This document shows, piece by piece, positions 40,700 through 54,451 of a DNA stretch of 64,000 nucleotides (position 1 is the first letter of the stretch; each line of letters starts with the position of its first letter). This DNA comes from Octopus vulgaris. Lineage: Eukaryota. Position numbers and translations under genes: made by a program. Below the pieces are notes generated by a model. The model was not told where the DNA came from and ran no database searches. It saw only the letters and a program-made list of their open reading frames with translations. The stretch is from the NCBI GenBank assembly GCA_951406725.2, contig OX597814.1, positions 147,808,001 through 147,872,000 of the forward strand, written 5' to 3'.

Positions 40700-41065
40700 T
40701 CTAACCATCCGTCTTTCTTTTGCGCCTACTGTTCATGAGACGGTCATAGGAGTAGTCTTCAGGCATCTCCTTCATTTGGACTTATGAGAAGCAACTGTAA
40801 TCCTGCTGTAATTAGACTTTCCAGCAGGATGTCCAAGAGAGACCAATTGAGACTATGGATATTTTGAAACCATATCGTACTACTTCTACCGTTAGGTCTC
40901 CTGTTGAGTGGCTCGGCTTGAAGTTTCCGACTTGCGACCCTCTCCTGCAACATTGTTAATTACATGTCTGTAGTATTGGACCTGTAACCTCCCAATATGG
41001 AGAAGTAGTAGTTCGACCTGGAGAGAATCCCAGATCACCGCGTAGCACACCAGAGATCCTTCCGA
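40700..41065 (-). pseudogene. RTE-clade LINE 3' fragment (RT C-terminus)
   Basis: Decayed SLQVELLLLHIGRLQVQYYRHV..MLQERVASRKLQAEPLNRRPNGRSSTIWFQNIHSLNWSLL matches the RTE pattern (LRWxGHVxRM..RPRGRPxxRW). Confidence 0.8.
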
Positions 41066-41117
41066 TATACATTACTTATACACAGAGATATCCACATTTC
41101 ACGTCCCCCATACACAC

Positions 41118-41148
<31 letters not shown>

Positions 41149-41384
41149 CTTTCTACCCACGAACAATGACGAGATTTATTTCTGCTCTCCTTTAGTAAAT
41201 TTTGAAGGGTTTAATACAAGTATGATATAATTTTCTACTTTCAGGTATTCTTGCTACTTTTAACTCCATTCACTCTCATCCATTGCTCTAGCTGGGTCAG
41301 ACACATATATCAGATCATTTTCTTTCTCTGCTACCGGTCTCTCTCAGCTCATTTATTTTTCTAATCATCTCTCTCTCTCTCTCC

Positions 41385-41462
<78 letters not shown>

Positions 41463-41484
41463 GTAATCACATTGTGTGTGTATG

Positions 41485-41725
41485 TATATAGTCTCATTGT
41501 GTGTGTGTGTATATATATATATATTTGTGTATCTGCGTTTGTCTCCCTACCATCCCTTGACAACCGATGTTGGAGTGTTAACGTCCCGGAAAATTAGCGG
41601 TTCTGTCAAAGAAAGCGATAGAATAAGTACTAGGCTTGCAAAGAATGTCCTGGGATCGATTTGTTCGACTAAAGGCGGCGTTCTAGCATGTCCACAGTCA
41701 AAATGACTGACGCAAGTAAGATAAT
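41485..41725 (+). mobile_element. SINE family B, 3' half
   Basis: CTTGACAACCGATGTTGG..GATAGAATAAGTACTAGGCTT..GACTAAAGGCGG..TGACTGA matches 7990-8160. Confidence 0.85.
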
Positions 41726-44275
41726 TAAATAATGAAAGAATATGTGTGTGTGTGTGTGTTATTATAGTGTTTGGGCTTGATTTTCTTGAAGGGGCATCCT
41801 GATTACACCAGAAAGAGACATAGCCTTTCAGATTTTGTTATTAAATATTTTGCGCTACGTGTTAATGAAAACATATACATACTCTGCACAAACGAGCATA
41901 CATATTGATCTTTGCGTTTTCGATGAAGTACAACTTGAAAGTACGTAAGAAAGTACAGCTTGAAGTCATTCGTGCGTTACAAATTATCATTAAAGTATAA
42001 ATTCTCAAAGACTATAGTTATTTACAAGCTGCGTATGTAGGCAGAAAATAACCCATACTCTATTGCCAATTTATTTTCAGTTCCCTTTTCTTTTTTTTTT
42101 CCCCTGTTTTTCAAATATTTTATGAATCTTTCTCGTAAAATAATAACAGAAAAATAGCACGTTCCCTGCATGCGATTAGTTTCAAACCCTAACACAATAT
42201 GCTCGCGCTGAAAGGAATGAAATCTGGCTTGGATCCAAACACGCAGAATGCACCATATTTTTTTTACGAGGAAACTTCAAAGACGAAAATGTAACGCAAT
42301 CGCGTGTTTATTTGGTAATTTTCTGTCGTTTCGTTGTATGCTGTTCAAGAATTTTTGTGTATATTGCCAATAGGAGTCGAGAGAAAACGGTGAAATACAT
42401 TCCTATCACTTGCACCAGGCTCTTCAGTGGACTTTGCTGTACGCTAACGAATAATTTGTTTATTATTCATAGCTCCAGCTGTTTGTATGAACGTAGTGTT
42501 TGTTATAAACTCTTGTCAGAATTATTCATGTAGAGTAGGCATGATCGGTTGCTAAGGCGAATGTTTTCAGTTATATTATTTTATTAGTTTGTCAATGAAG
42601 TGGGGGATATATCCATACCTTTTTAATCAATAAAAATACGTTTCCAAGGAGACTAGAGATGCCCGGCAAGGGAAGAGCCCTCTTCACCTCACTCATTGTG
42701 TTTATCAATCAAGTTTCTGTCCGATCCGGTTTGGTGTTTCAGCTTCACCTATTGCCTCTCCATGTGTAACTGGTCGACAATTTTTTTCTGTGAAAAAGCT
42801 TTCCCTTTTACAGTGTTTAGCATAAATATCTGAAGAAAAAGAAAATTTAGTACAGGAGATTCTTGTTTTGATGAGGAAAGATAAGGCAAATCGTTCCTAG
42901 TTTAGAATAGCAAAGTCAGTTTCAGTGAAGAGAAATAAAGAAGTAATACATCTGTGAATTAGATGCTGTAGTGAGAATTTTAGAGCATACCCTGTCAATC
43001 AGCAAGTTGATTGGCGTTCATTTGATAGTTGTCTGGGATAATTTTCCATCTAGCATTAAAACTGCCCAAAATATTAGGGCAGTACTCCAATAAGTCTCAA
43101 ATCTCAGCCATTGACTAGGATGAGATTTCATGGGTTTAAAAGTACATAAGAATAGTCATGGCTATATAAGTAACATATTTGTTTTGAAAACTACGTAATA
43201 TGCCGTCTGATTCCAGTGTGCAGTATCTAAGATACTGTATGTGTGGTCAGCTATAGTCTTGTATACGGTAAAATTTGTAAGTAGAATTTGGCAGATGGAA
43301 ATTACGCGAAAACACGTTCTGTCTATCTATCTGTTGAACAGTGTGTGTGCGTGTGTTACTTATATATACAGTGTCCACGTATGATAGAATAATCTGTGCG
43401 ACGAACAAACACTATATTATATCGCATTACCTTTATATAAATCATCTTTACACCTAGTCGACTTTGCTTTTCTTCATTTAAGTGAATATTAAAATAAGAA
43501 ACAGATAAAGTGCTGTAATCGATATTCGATATAATCTACTAATAACCCTTTAAATCAATACTCAATCAACGCCGTATTCCAATGATTGAAACCAATGACA
43601 AAAGAAAGAATTGCTACAGCGTATTAATTCTTGATTTCTTAGATTCTGCGATTAACAGTTGGACACTTTTGATGAAAATTCTAGAGATGTTTCAGATCAG
43701 CAACAATATTGTCAATAATGTATTAATAAATAATTTAGTGGACCTCGATGTTGTTGCTGAACTGGAGCCAGCTGGGCTGAGGGACTGACTTTCTTTTGTA
43801 TACACATACGTATAGAGCTTATGCATGTGGGTGAAAAGCCAGAGCAGAGGGCGAATAATAAAACAAAATACATAATGTTTGGTTAAAGTTGTTTAATCTG
43901 ATACTTCTCAGACTAGTGTGGTAAGTGAAGTGCAAGGAAAAAAAAAACCTAGACGGACACTGGGAGCTGCTTTGTGAGGTTTAAAAGAATGTGACACTCG
44001 GAATTTGCCGAAATCTTTGCGGTCTCCATTCGGTGGCGTATAAAGAATTTGTCTCATAGGAGAAATTTTAGGCAAAAATTACACAGAAACTCTCACTTGA
44101 AAAACACTGGGCGTTGTTTGTGTTGTGATATAAATCGCCGAATTTTCAGAGAGTAGGTCAGACAAATTCAGTATCTACTTACACGCTCAGCTACACTACA
44201 GAAATCATCGTTGTTTGAAGTAAGGCTTTGACCAAGTGGAAATTGGCCAATAATATATTTTTTAATGTTTAAATG

Positions 44276-44602
44276 TGAAGGCGCATGGCTCAGTAGTTAG
44301 AGCGTCGAGTTTACGATCGTGAGGTTGTGATCTCGAATCCCGTGTTGTGTTCTTGAGCAAGACACTTTATTTCACGTTCCTCCAGTTCACTCAGCTGTAG
44401 AAATGAGTTGCGACATCACAGGTGCCAAGCTGTATCGGCATTTGCATTTCCCTTGGATAACACGGGTGGTGTGGAGAGGAGAGTTTGGTATGCATGGGCG
44501 ACTGCTGGTCTTCCATAAACAACCTTGCTTGGACTTGTGCCTGGGAGGTTAACTTTCTAGGTGCAATCCCATGGTCTGTGTCGTGACCGAAGGGGGTTTC
44601 AG
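44276..44602 (+). mobile_element. tRNA-derived SINE (family D) with 12-bp target site duplication
   Basis: A box TGGCTCAGTAGTTAG, B box-like TCTCGAATCCC, core GTGTTCTTGAGCAAGACACTT; TSD AATGTTTAAATG at 44264-75 and 44603-14. Confidence 0.92.
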
Positions 44603-45620
44603 AATGTTTAAATGCAATGATGAGACCTCATTTTCAATTCTTAATCGAAGCTATTACACATGCCTTCAGTTTCATTTAAAAAGTTATGTAAAACATTTGT
44701 ATCAGAGATAAATGATAAATATTAAACTTATCGCCTTTCCTTCACTGATAAATTCATTGTGAAAAAAATTCACTTGGGAAGGCATGAATACCATATATTT
44801 TTAGCTCGAGATAAAAAATTAATGAAGATAAAAAATAATTGAGAAATTGGGCTAAAGAGTTACTCTTTAACAGTGCTAACGCTGATTAGAGTTAGTTAGT
44901 ATTACTCATATCAATATTAATCTATTACTTTCATTATATTTCACACCATTCACAAAACTTGTGTTTTATATGCTTTTATTTATCTCTTTATTTATTTTTG
45001 CTGCAAAAGCTGTTGTTTTTTCATTTCAACAACTGTGACTCTCTGGTGTATAACAATGACTGACATAGCTGTCGATAAGATGGCGTATTATGCTGGTAAT
45101 TATCTCGCTAAATATTACGACTACCACTACATCGAGGAGAATATAATATGGGGGAGAAGTGGATGGTTTTTGTTTGTGTTTTATTCCTTTATCTATTTTA
45201 TTTCATCTTTAGATATTTTTGTTGTTGTTTTAGTTATTTCCTTCCTTTTGCTTTTGTTTCATTCTTGTCTCTTATGTTGCTGCTGATTTTGTCGTTGAGG
45301 CTGTGTCTAATTCACTTGGCAACATTGATGGTGGACATTACAATCATGGTGTAACGTCGAAATCAATGGCGACATGTAGTAATGAAGGCAGCAACAACAC
45401 AACACACACACACGCGCGCGCGCATCTATTACACGGAAACAATAACAAACAACAAAACAAATATGAAAACAATAACAAATGAAAAAATAACCCCAGAACA
45501 TATTCAACAAAACGATGGCTACAAAAACAGTAAAAGCAATGTTCACGCGATAATAGGATAGCAGAAGTGTATCCCTTTATCCCACCCCTGACACTCTCTC
45601 TCTCTCTCTCTCTCTCTTTG

Positions 45621-45691
<71 letters not shown>

Positions 45692-46030
45692 GTATATCAA
45701 TCTATCTATTAAGGCGTGGCACCTAGGATACGTAGACAAAGAAGTCTGTTAGAGAAAGTATTAAATTGATCCCATTCCCATATAGATGATTGATAATTAA
45801 AGAAGAATTAAAAGATTTCGATTATTAGAGGATGAAACAAAGAAGAAGGGACATAGAGAGGAGAGAAAGAGCATGAACAAAGAGTAAAGCAAAAACACAA
45901 ACGACAGAAATATGTCTTGGTAAATGAGGAGACAAAATATAATTACAGCTAGTGAAGAAAAAGCAATCGACGAATTCGAATTTTGAAACAAAGCTGGGCG
46001 TATTAGTACGAAGAGTGATATGAAAGAGAC

Positions 46031-46141
46031 AACGTTAAACCCTCCTTCTTCCCTTCCTTCCTGAGCGTCCAATAATACTATATTTGTTCCACGTCCTTGC
46101 GTTGTTGTGTTTTCTCTTTGTGTGTTCATGTTTGGATTAAC

Positions 46142-46143
<2 letters not shown>
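46031..46143 (+). mobile_element. 5'-truncated copy of the hammerhead-bearing Penelope-like repeat
   Basis: ACGTTAAACCCTCC..CCTGAGCGTCCAATAATACT..TTTGTTCCA..GTTTGGATTAA aligns with 52805-52901; ends in (TA)n. Confidence 0.75.
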
Positions 46144-46202
<59 letters not shown>

Positions 46203-46381
46203 AGGCAGTGAGAGAGAAAGAGAGTAAAACGTAAGTGATCCAGCGGTGTTTGCTAATTTAGTATCGGTAACACACCTTTTATTTTAAAGTCTACGTTTAT
46301 TGGATGCTTAAAACTAAGTTTTAAGGTAATAAAAATGAATTCACCTTAATAAAATAAATTTTGCGTGCCGAAAATGAATGT

Positions 46382-46636
46382 TATATGGGTACATGTACGT
46401 ATGAACGTCCGCATTTATACTCTATACATTTGTATATTTGTATGTATAATTGAATATACGTATATGCATATTACACAATATGGAATACAGTTTTGTATAT
46501 ATATATACATACAAATACAAAACTGTATTCCATATTGTGTACTATGCATATACGTATATTCAAGTATATATACATACAAATATACAATTGTACAGAGTAT
46601 AAATACGGACTTTCATACGTACATTTATCCATTTAT
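46382..46636. repeat. Long near-perfect inverted repeat (foldback)
   Basis: 46382-46498 is the reverse complement of 46515-46636 with scattered mismatches and one small indel. Confidence 0.95.
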
Positions 46637-48080
46637 ACGTACATGTATCTATTTATATACCTGTATCCATATATACGTACATACACTCTCTCTCACACAC
46701 ACACATATATAGATATGAGAAAAAGAGGAAGAGAGAAAGGGAGCACTAAACGTTACTTAAGTCTGATACCTATCAAGTAAATCAACCAATCATCCGATAT
46801 CATTGTAAGTTAACACTGTTAACTACGATTCCACAAAAGTCTTTAACTTTACGAGAAAGATGGGACAAACTTTCACAATGAAGCATATCAAATATGCATT
46901 CCCATCATCAGCTGCCAAACAGATATCACTACGTTTCCGACATCTGGTCAGATCAATTGAATTCTGTAACGTAAACAGCGTTAAAAGCATAGACACTGCC
47001 TGGCAATCAATAAAAATCAGTAGGAACGAAATACTGGCATAGTATTAATATCAACAACCTCATATTATACAAATCACTATTAACTTGTATAATATACTAA
47101 AGTTAGTAAACATTAGTTATATATCAAAGAAATTCGTCCAAAAATGTACATTGTGATAGTAAATTTAAAGTAGAAAATATAACTAGTAAACTAAAACTAG
47201 ACGAAAATTTCATTCAATCACTGGTACATAACATGATAACAGCAATACATGGGAACAGTAAACTTAGACTAATTAACGAACATAGACTGACTGATATGTT
47301 GTTCCATAATCGTTATACTATGAGAAACACAGAGGCAAACCAAAAACTAGTCTCGTATCAACTAGAGGAACGGTATACGCTTTAACCAACAAATGAAAAA
47401 AATCGAAAGCATAGGTCAATATATCAATAGCTACAAAACATATGTTCAATTGAATAAAAGAAATTAACCGAATAAATTGGTACTATGCATGGTAGGCGAA
47501 AACATCACTGAAAATTAGATCTGAAACATGGAATACCGGTTATTGAAGATTTTATCATCCTACCTGCACGTTCTGTATATAATATACAATAGTATCGTGG
47601 AAGCTGTTACATCTGCTGTGTAAAAATGATTATCTTAAACTATGCTATGATTGCAATATATTATTCTCTACTCGTCTGAATCATTGCAGATAGGGCATGA
47701 CAGTGGTCTATCAAAATATAATACACGAACACGTAGTAAATGCAACATTCATGGAACGAGAACGGGAACGTAGTGGTAGAGGGAAATAACTCAATAATGT
47801 AAGATATTTTTGCCCGTTACTGTATTGATTATGGCATATGTTTGTAATGTATCTTTACGTGTAATAATACAAACATGTATACATGCACACACAAACACAC
47901 ACACATAAATATATACACAAGAATGAAAAAGCAGCACTCAACAGTAATCCTTATACATATATATATATATATTTAAACACATTACATTACGTTTATGATG
48001 AAATCATGTCAAAATAATTTCATTGCTTATATTACATTTCATATATATATATATACCTATATATATACATATATATATAC

Positions 48081-48112
<32 letters not shown>

Positions 48113-48119
48113 GATATAC

Positions 48120-48150
<31 letters not shown>

Positions 48151-48223
48151 CATCTATATATATATAGTTATATATACATATATATATATACACTTATACA
48201 GTACATATATATATATATATATA

Positions 48224-48282
<59 letters not shown>

Positions 48283-48501
48283 TACATGTATATATACATT
48301 ACATATAGTGTATTTATTCTATAATTTAATTTATATCTATTTTTTTATCTTCTTCACATTTATTTTCCGTTTTCATGTTTTTAATATGTAAAAAATATAG
48401 AAATCCCGCTTGTTCTGCCAGATTGAATGGTTTACCAACTAATTGAATGCCGAGTTAAATATATTCTAATGCTGGCCTGGATCGATAAGAACATGTTTTG
48501 T

Positions 48502-48571
<70 letters not shown>

Positions 48572-49228
48572 CATGCGCAATACAGGAAAGCGTACATATA
48601 AATACACATACAGCTATGTAATATATATGCAATCATATATCTAACTATACACATTTCCTCCCTATGTGGTTGTGTGCCGTTCGTTCTTTTAATGAATGAA
48701 GATTACCATTCTGCTTTGCCAAATGGTATGATGGCATTGGAAAAAAAATCACCTGATTCTTTGGCACTTGTCTAATATGTATGTCACATCAATTATGCTT
48801 ATATTTGAATCTATCTACCTGTCACTCTACCTACGCGCGCGCACACACATGCATAAACACACTCACAGATAGATAGATATCGTAAGCATACTCTCAGAAA
48901 CTTAGACAAACAAGAGCGCATGTGTGGGCGTTTGTAGTTGGAGAGGTATTTTTTACGCATGCTTGTATATTGATATATTAATATGTATCTTAGTAAAAAC
49001 AGTTGTATCACGGAAATGCTATATCTTCCTTTCACCACTGTTACCTACACGGCAGTGATATATATACATATGTACATATTTAAGGACATATACGTATGGA
49101 TATATTTGTTAATATATGCTTGTACATACATATATATATAATATAACAAAATAATAAGTAAAACATATGCATATATACACACATATATGTACGTACCTAC
49201 ATCTATATGTATATATACATGCATATAT

Positions 49229-49560
49229 AGGTACAGGACACCAAAAAACGTCGAACACAATGAGAAACGAAAACATAAAAACAGATCCATGGAAACGGAC
49301 ATCTTTTTAAACAACGAAAATTACAGGGTACAAGACATACAACACAGCCGCCTCCGTTTCGTCTACTCCGCGTTTCGAAGGCAAAGTCGAGACACGACTT
49401 CGATGAAACGATCCTTCCTGCAAATAATTTGAAATTTTTGCGGAGGGTAACGTGGTAACAAACACAGCACAGTAAAAACAGTACAAGACAGTAAAAATAA
49501 AAATAAAAATAAAAACAGTAAACGACAGGACAAGTAGAATAACAGTAATACGAACGTTAA
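49229..49560 (-). mobile_element. Probable retroelement terminal fragment (Penelope-like, tentative)
   Basis: Minus strand is T/G-rich, ends ..GTCCTGTACC into (TA)-rich sequence and contains TTCGAAACGCG; style similar to the other hammerhead-family repeats but with no CTGATGA box. Confidence 0.35.
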
Positions 49561-49608
49561 GGGCTGTTAAGCCGAACGAAAGTGATATTATTTGTGTATA
49601 TATATATA

Positions 49609-49639
<31 letters not shown>

Positions 49640-50383
49640 GTATGTATGTATTTGTATATGTATTTATTCGAACAAATATACATATATATATTAGAATTAA
49701 ATATGCATGTAGTTCATGTTTGAAGCTCCGATGAAGACCAAAGTGATACGCAGTCATTCAACTATGAGGGTATTGCATCTTATAGCAGAAAAGCTCCACC
49801 AGCTGATGAAGTTAATGACATAACGGCAACATTTCATCTTTTCCTTTGCCATTTTATGAACATGCGTACACAAATACATGCATATATTTGGTGTAGCGTA
49901 TTACTTTTCAAGGCGTACAAGTAGCACACAAACAACTGTCTATATACACAATACACATGTCGTATTTGGTGGGCGATTATTGGTAAGAGTTAAACATATT
50001 TTACATTCGCTCTTTGTCTTTCTCCCTCTCTCTCTGTATGCATACATATATATACTTATATATATATTTATCCTTCACAACTCTATACGTGCACCAACAT
50101 ATACTTCTGGCCTTCGTGCACAAAGACGCATGAGTACAGCCAGTTCCAACACTGTGTAAATCCTGTGAATCCATATCCTTTGAATCATTGCAGTATTTTG
50201 CACACATACACACACACGTGAATACATCATGGGTTAGCTGACCGAAACTCCGAAGTCACTGTCAGCAACATTCTTGTTCGAGAGATAAATATATATATAT
50301 GGCTTACTCTACGAAAGTATAGAGCAGCCAATGTGATTAATGTCAAATTCTTTTTATTATTATAAATGAACATTAAAACAAAC

Positions 50384-50438
<55 letters not shown>

Positions 50439-51029
50439 TGTTCTACATTTTATCGACAAATTATTCATTGAAAACTTGGCAAATGGTTCTAAAATGAATT
50501 CGTTTATGTATTTTAAATAACTAGTCTTTACTTTTATATCGGATAAACATATCATTAAAAGTTAAAAGTATTGATTCATTCACACTTTAATGAAACATCA
50601 GTTTTTCCAAAATTAATAAACATTTCTATTAAAACGATCTATATTACGCTGGAATATTCTACACTTAAATCTTCCGCTTTAAGTTTTATAATAATTAACT
50701 CTACGTAAGTATATTAATTCATCGGAGCATAATGGTTACCATGTAATAACCGGTTCAATTCACCGTTCTTCTACAAAAAACAAAACAAAGCATGCATAAG
50801 TAAGTTGAGAGACAGTAGATAATGACATTCTCGGTATATTATATCCGAAAGAAAGATGGGATGATCAGGACTAGCCTTCAATTACAGATCAACTCGAGAG
50901 AGTATGACATGGAGCAGGATCAAAGCATCATGAATGCAGTGAAAATGATTAGAGAACTCAGATTTATAAAACTGATTATTTCCAAACTTTTCAGTGGTTA
51001 ACCTGAGATGATATGTTGAAATCATTGGC

Positions 51030-51380
51030 ATAGGCACAGCCGTCACTGTCTGATTATGAAGCTTGCTTCCCAGCCATGTCATACTGGGTTCAGTCCCATT
51101 TCGAATCACCTTGGGTAAGTGTTTTGGACTATGGCTCCGGGATGATCAAAGATTTTTCAAATGATTTGGCAGACGGAAACAGAAACAGGCCCATTATATG
51201 TATACATCTATGTATGTATTTCTACTTGCGCTTGTCGCAAACCACTTCTTAACAACCGCTGCTGGTTTGTTTATTTCCTTTTAATTTAATGGTTCGGCAA
51301 AAGACGCCAATAGATGATGCACTAGGTTTTGAAATTGTAAATACCGGGATCGATTCGTTCGACTATACCCTTCAAGGCGA
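51030..51380 (+). mobile_element. SINE family B, old diverged copy
   Basis: AAGCTTGCTTCCCAGCCATG..GGGTTCAGTCCC..ATTTGGCAGACGGAAAC..GGTTCGGCAAAAGA..GGGATCGATTCGTTCGACTA. Confidence 0.8.
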
Positions 51381-52029
51381 TATCACAGAATAGCTTCTTA
51401 CTGTAAAACGGTGTTACAGAAATAAAATATAGGTCTTCTCCCAGTTAAACAGTACAGTTTTGTCTACAATCAGAAACAAATAGCATTCAGGTTCGCATAC
51501 TTTTCAGGAATTCATTCCTCACTGGCAGTTACTTCCTACGGTGAAAGCAGATAGCCAAAAGTCAAGATATTCATGCATATTATTAATACACATATGTCTT
51601 CCTTTCAAACCGCAACTTCAGAATTTTGAAAGCAATTCCCTCTCTTCCAAGTATGTGATACATATATATATATATATATATATACGCATACACACACACA
51701 CACGCACGTACACATACATACATACACACACGCATACATACACCCATACACATACATGCATCCTACACACACATACATACACACTCACACATACATACAC
51801 ACACACGCACTCACTCACACACCTGTATGTTCGCGCACACACATGCACATACACACACTTCCCCACACCCACACGTACATACATACACACTCATACACAT
51901 ACACACACACACACGGACATACATCTATGCACACACATATATACACACATACTCACATACATTCATCGGACACACTGCCACCCAGACATACACACAGACA
52001 CACTCACACATCCACACACACACATACGT

Positions 52030-52899
52030 ACGCGCACACTCGCAGGCGCGCGCACACACGCGCTTGCGCCGGTTCGCGCACGCATGCGCGCCGCATGCAC
52101 CTCGCCCTTGGACCCGACGAGACCTCCCGCCCGTTCCTGGGATGTCGCTTGTCGTTGGGTTTTCCCACGCCCGTCTCCGCGGGACCACTCTTCCATCTTC
52201 CCCTCCGCTGGAGTCCTTTTCCTTACCCCCCCCCTTTTTTCGTTACACACACGCGCACACATATACACACATTGCTTAAACATATACATTACTCTTACAC
52301 ACATTCAATCTACTCGCCATTAATACTACCACGACACTGGACACACACACAAACTACTACTCAACACACGCTGGCACGCTACATACGCCCCCACCCCTTC
52401 CCCTCCCTCCCTTCCTCCTTCCTCCCTTTTCTTACTACTGACCTTTGTCTGCTATGCTGCTGCTATGCTGACCACCGTTTCGCCCTACCTCACACGCCTA
52501 CACACAGACGCACACACTAACACATACATATATTTTTTGTTTTTTTATCTCGCCTCACACACACACATACACACACGCACACGCACACACTCACACATAC
52601 ACACACATCTGTTGCGTTACCAACCTTGTCTCCACTCTTTTGCCTTTAAAAACCCACTTTGCTCTTGTTATCGTAAACATCCGCCTTTCACCATGTGTAA
52701 CTCCTAACACCAGTCGTTTTTTTCTCTATTTCCGTTGCCCGCTCCGGGATCTTTCTTTCCTCTCTCTTCCTTCTTTATGTTTCCGACGAAGAGCTCCGCT
52801 CGAAACGTCATACCTCCCTGCTTCCATTTCCTGAGCGCCTATTAATAATAATACTGTAATTGTTCCATTGTTGTTGTTTTTTTGTTTCCCGTTTGGATT

Positions 52900-52905
<6 letters not shown>
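52030..52905 (+). mobile_element. Penelope-like/retrozyme-like element with CpG-rich body and 3' hammerhead motif
   Basis: Hammerhead motif at 52779-52813; 3' end shared with 46031-46143; lies between degenerate (CA)n and (TA)n; left boundary uncertain. Confidence 0.6.
52779..52813 (+). ncRNA. Minimal type I hammerhead ribozyme motif (U4C variant)
   Basis: GTTT-CCGACGA-A-GAGC-TCC-GCTC-GAAAC-GTC-ATAC; helix I has one mismatch and helix III is the palindromic ACGT. Confidence 0.65.
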
Positions 52906-52960
<55 letters not shown>

Positions 52961-53693
52961 TGTGTGTGTTTGAGCGTTTTGCATATATACAATGCCATGT
53001 ATGCTTATGAATACACGTTTGTATACATTTATGTACTTGCAAGTGTTAATGTGCTGAAAATAGTAATGTGCCAATTAATACATATAAATTCATAAAATAG
53101 GTACAAGGCTGAAACTAGTACTCGAACTGATATTATTGACAAAAGACACTTGGAAGCCGTGCTGGAGAATGGCCACACTCGAACATCTAAAACCAGTAAA
53201 AGGAAGAGCAGCTATATGTCTCTCTGTCTATGTATCTTGATATATGTGCCATTCAAAACACATTACTACTATTTATTATTATTGTTTACAAACAATACAC
53301 GATGCTTCAAGCGAACTACAATATTCTCCTATATATATATAATGTTGAGGATGGCAAAATATTGTGGTTTACCATCCAATAGCACTTCGAACATCCACAG
53401 CAGAGGATGAAAATAACAATATCAAAACGTATGTAGGAAATAAATTATATAGATTGCATCATGTGCTTATCATAATTCTTCTCACATTTTCACTGAATAT
53501 TATAAACTGCAATACTGCTGATATAGCAGTAACCACTTCGCTTTATTCGAAAGAGTCTAGTTGCTGATACGCTACGTGGAACTCTAAATTGGCCAGTCAC
53601 TGTCGTACATACAACTGCACGCATATGATAAGTATATATTATATATATTATATATATATATATGAAAATAGAGGCGCGCATGCGCATACATAC

Positions 53694-53729
<36 letters not shown>

Positions 53730-54220
53730 GTATGTGTGCATATGCAGTCCCTAAAACACAAGCAATAATAATAATATAGTAGTAGTAATAATAATAATAA
53801 ATAATAAAGACAGTAAAATAAGGAACCAAACGTGTTGAATAACAATATCCGCCTAATTAAAGTGACACCGCAGAGAAAAGAAGTGTCAAGTTATATTCCT
53901 TTCAAATTTTCATTCACTCGAGTACTTTACCATCTTACGGTTGTTTGCGTGAGAATTCTTTAGAATCCCTATAAAGGAACTTAACGATAAAACAACTGTG
54001 AAGAATCTAACATACTATGTTAAGCTTCTTCAAATTTCCCAGCAACTGGCAACAGTGCGCGCGCGCGTACACATAGACATATACACACGGGATAACTATT
54101 TAAAATTTATTTTCCTAATAACTTTTCGAGTTAATTTATATACTTAAAATTGTAAGTGTATTCCGGTTTCATCTAGTTTTTTTAAAGATCGTAGTGGTAC
54201 ATTATTAATAGATATTGCGA

Positions 54221-54260
<40 letters not shown>

Positions 54261-54262
<2 letters not shown>

Positions 54263-54450
54263 GGCGGCGAGTTGGTAGAATCGTTAGTACGCTGGACGAA
54301 ATGCTTAGCGGTATTTCGTCCGCAGCTACATCCTGAATTCGAATTCCGCTGAGCTCGACTTTGCCTTTCATCCTTTCGATTTCGATAAAATAAATCGACT
54401 AATCCACTGTCCCAAAATTGTCTACCCTTGTGGCAAAATTTGAAACCTTT
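54261..54450 (+). mobile_element. SINE family A inserted in (ATT)n
   Basis: AAGGCGGCGAGTTGGTAGAATCGTTAG..GACTTTGCCTTTCATCCTTTCG..GGCAAAATTTGAAACC; (ATT)n on both sides. Confidence 0.9.
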
Positions 54451-54451
54451 A

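Noticed and set aside
42619-42850. Minus-strand acceptor-like site at 42830 with a short open frame
   Set aside because: The phase needed to join the 63161 candidate exon hits a stop at once; no homology and no unambiguous donor
44279-44345. tRNA-like sequences here and at 7764 and 57970-58047
   Set aside because: No complete cloverleaf, and each continues into a SINE body and tail, so they are SINE heads rather than tRNA genes
46890-46945. Minus-strand GAAAC..CTGATGA order suggesting a type II hammerhead
   Set aside because: Helices I and II could not be paired
51541-52520. Longest ORFs in the window (260 and 254 aa)
   Set aside because: HT-dipeptide runs from degenerate (CA)n; all three plus frames are open; no domain recognisable
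53676-53685. Perfect NRF1-type palindrome GCGCATGCGC
   Set aside because: Embedded in alternating purine-pyrimidine microsatellite where it arises easily by chance; no promoter context
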